This document shows positions 63,695 through 64,000 of a DNA stretch of 64,000 nt, piece by piece. Made by a program: the position numbers and the translations under genes. This DNA comes from a virus. The DNA lies in the IMG/VR virus record IMGVR_UViG_3300010367_000378, positions 21,636-85,635 of that record; one strand, 5' to 3'. Below the pieces are notes generated by a model, which worked only from the letters and a program-made list of their open reading frames with translations, had not been told where the DNA came from and did not search any database. Every line of letters starts with the position of its first letter. Within the stretch, counting starts at the first letter, position 1.

Positions 63695-64000
63695 TCATGT
63701 GGCTGCTGCTACTGGACTGCCGAGTTGAAGGTCGAACTCTTCGCCCGAAACGGCAGAGAGAACGATGTTGCGAAGAGAGTCGTGCATGTGGTACCCCCCC
63801 CCCCCCTGTTCGTGAGCAAGTTCTTACTTACCAGATCCTCCCCGATTCTGCCGAAAGGACGGTGGGTGCGATCGCGCGCCACCATCGTCAACTCGTAGAA
63901 GTGGAGAGGCTCGGAGACGATGAGATCCCGAAGGATCATCATGGTGGTGGCGACGAGGGGCTCGGCCTCCTCGCTGCCGTTCTTCAGCCGCAGGACCTTC
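63695..64000 (-). CDS. Hypothetical protein, 5'-truncated; frameshift in the C13 run at 63794-63806
   Basis: ..FYELTMVARD..LLTNR-(G)n-YHMHDSLRNIVLSAVSGEEFDLQLGSPV* reads through if the run is 14 nt. Confidence 0.6.

Larger units (their letters stand above)
1..64000. mobile_element. Tailed (siphovirus-type) phage or prophage genome segment
   Basis: Complete ordered late module (terminase, portal, MuF, scaffold, capsid, head-tail, tail tube, chaperones, tape measure, hub, fibre, endolysin), no sheath gene, dense ATGA/GTGA-coupled small ORFs, no host genes; no ends or att sites in the window. Confidence 0.97.

Noticed and set aside
1-64000. Genome-wide reassignment of TGA
   Set aside because: Many genes end in TGA overlapping the next ATG/GTG, so TGA is a normal stop; only the MuF codon has a conserved-residue and hairpin context
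1-64000. CRISPR array, diversity-generating retroelement, integrase, transposase
   Set aside because: No repeat-spacer array, reverse transcriptase, template repeat, or tyrosine/serine recombinase or DDE motif seen; lifestyle cannot be decided from this window

Overview
The whole window is part of a GC-rich tailed phage genome (free phage or prophage). No host housekeeping genes, integrase, polymerase or primase are visible, and ORFs run off both ends. Layout: leftward arm 1-3517 (SMC/Rad50-like ATPase, RHH-type regulator); rightward accessory/recombination arm 3642-23809 (RecU-like nuclease, LAGLIDADG and HNH endonucleases, HerA-like ATPase, LexA-like C-terminal domain, DUF5131, Bcs1-like AAA, PAPS-reductase-like); leftward siphovirus late region 23806-56707 (M15 endolysin, tail fibre, hub, 2687-aa tape measure, frameshifted tail chaperones, tail tube, head-tail genes, capsid, scaffold, MuF, portal, terminase) interrupted by an inverted 1.8-kb cassette; a tRNA(CAU); and a further leftward arm with a TerS candidate and an N6-adenine methyltransferase. 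One secreted-protein domain suggests an Acidobacteriota (Thermoanaerobaculia-like) host; this is inference. Best leads: (1) the MuF head protein has an in-frame UGA exactly where the first Cys of its conserved CRC motif belongs, followed by a SECIS-like hairpin with the GGUCUG apex of E. coli fdhF, so it is a candidate phage selenoprotein; (2) six proteins with Sec signal peptides and even Cys counts, including the tail fibre and a capsid-adjacent decoration-like protein, suggest virion parts that fold in the periplasm; (3) a mitochondrial-Bcs1-like membrane AAA ATPase; (4) several apparently dead enzymes (extra pseudo-ATPase fused to TerL, Lys-to-Arg LexA domain, degenerate glycosyltransferase, degenerate SMC head); (5) a shared N-terminal leader on capsid and scaffold. 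Caveat: at least six single-base frameshifts at short G/C runs look like long-read errors, so single-nucleotide claims need read-level confirmation. All family assignments come from motif recognition by eye; no database searches were run.
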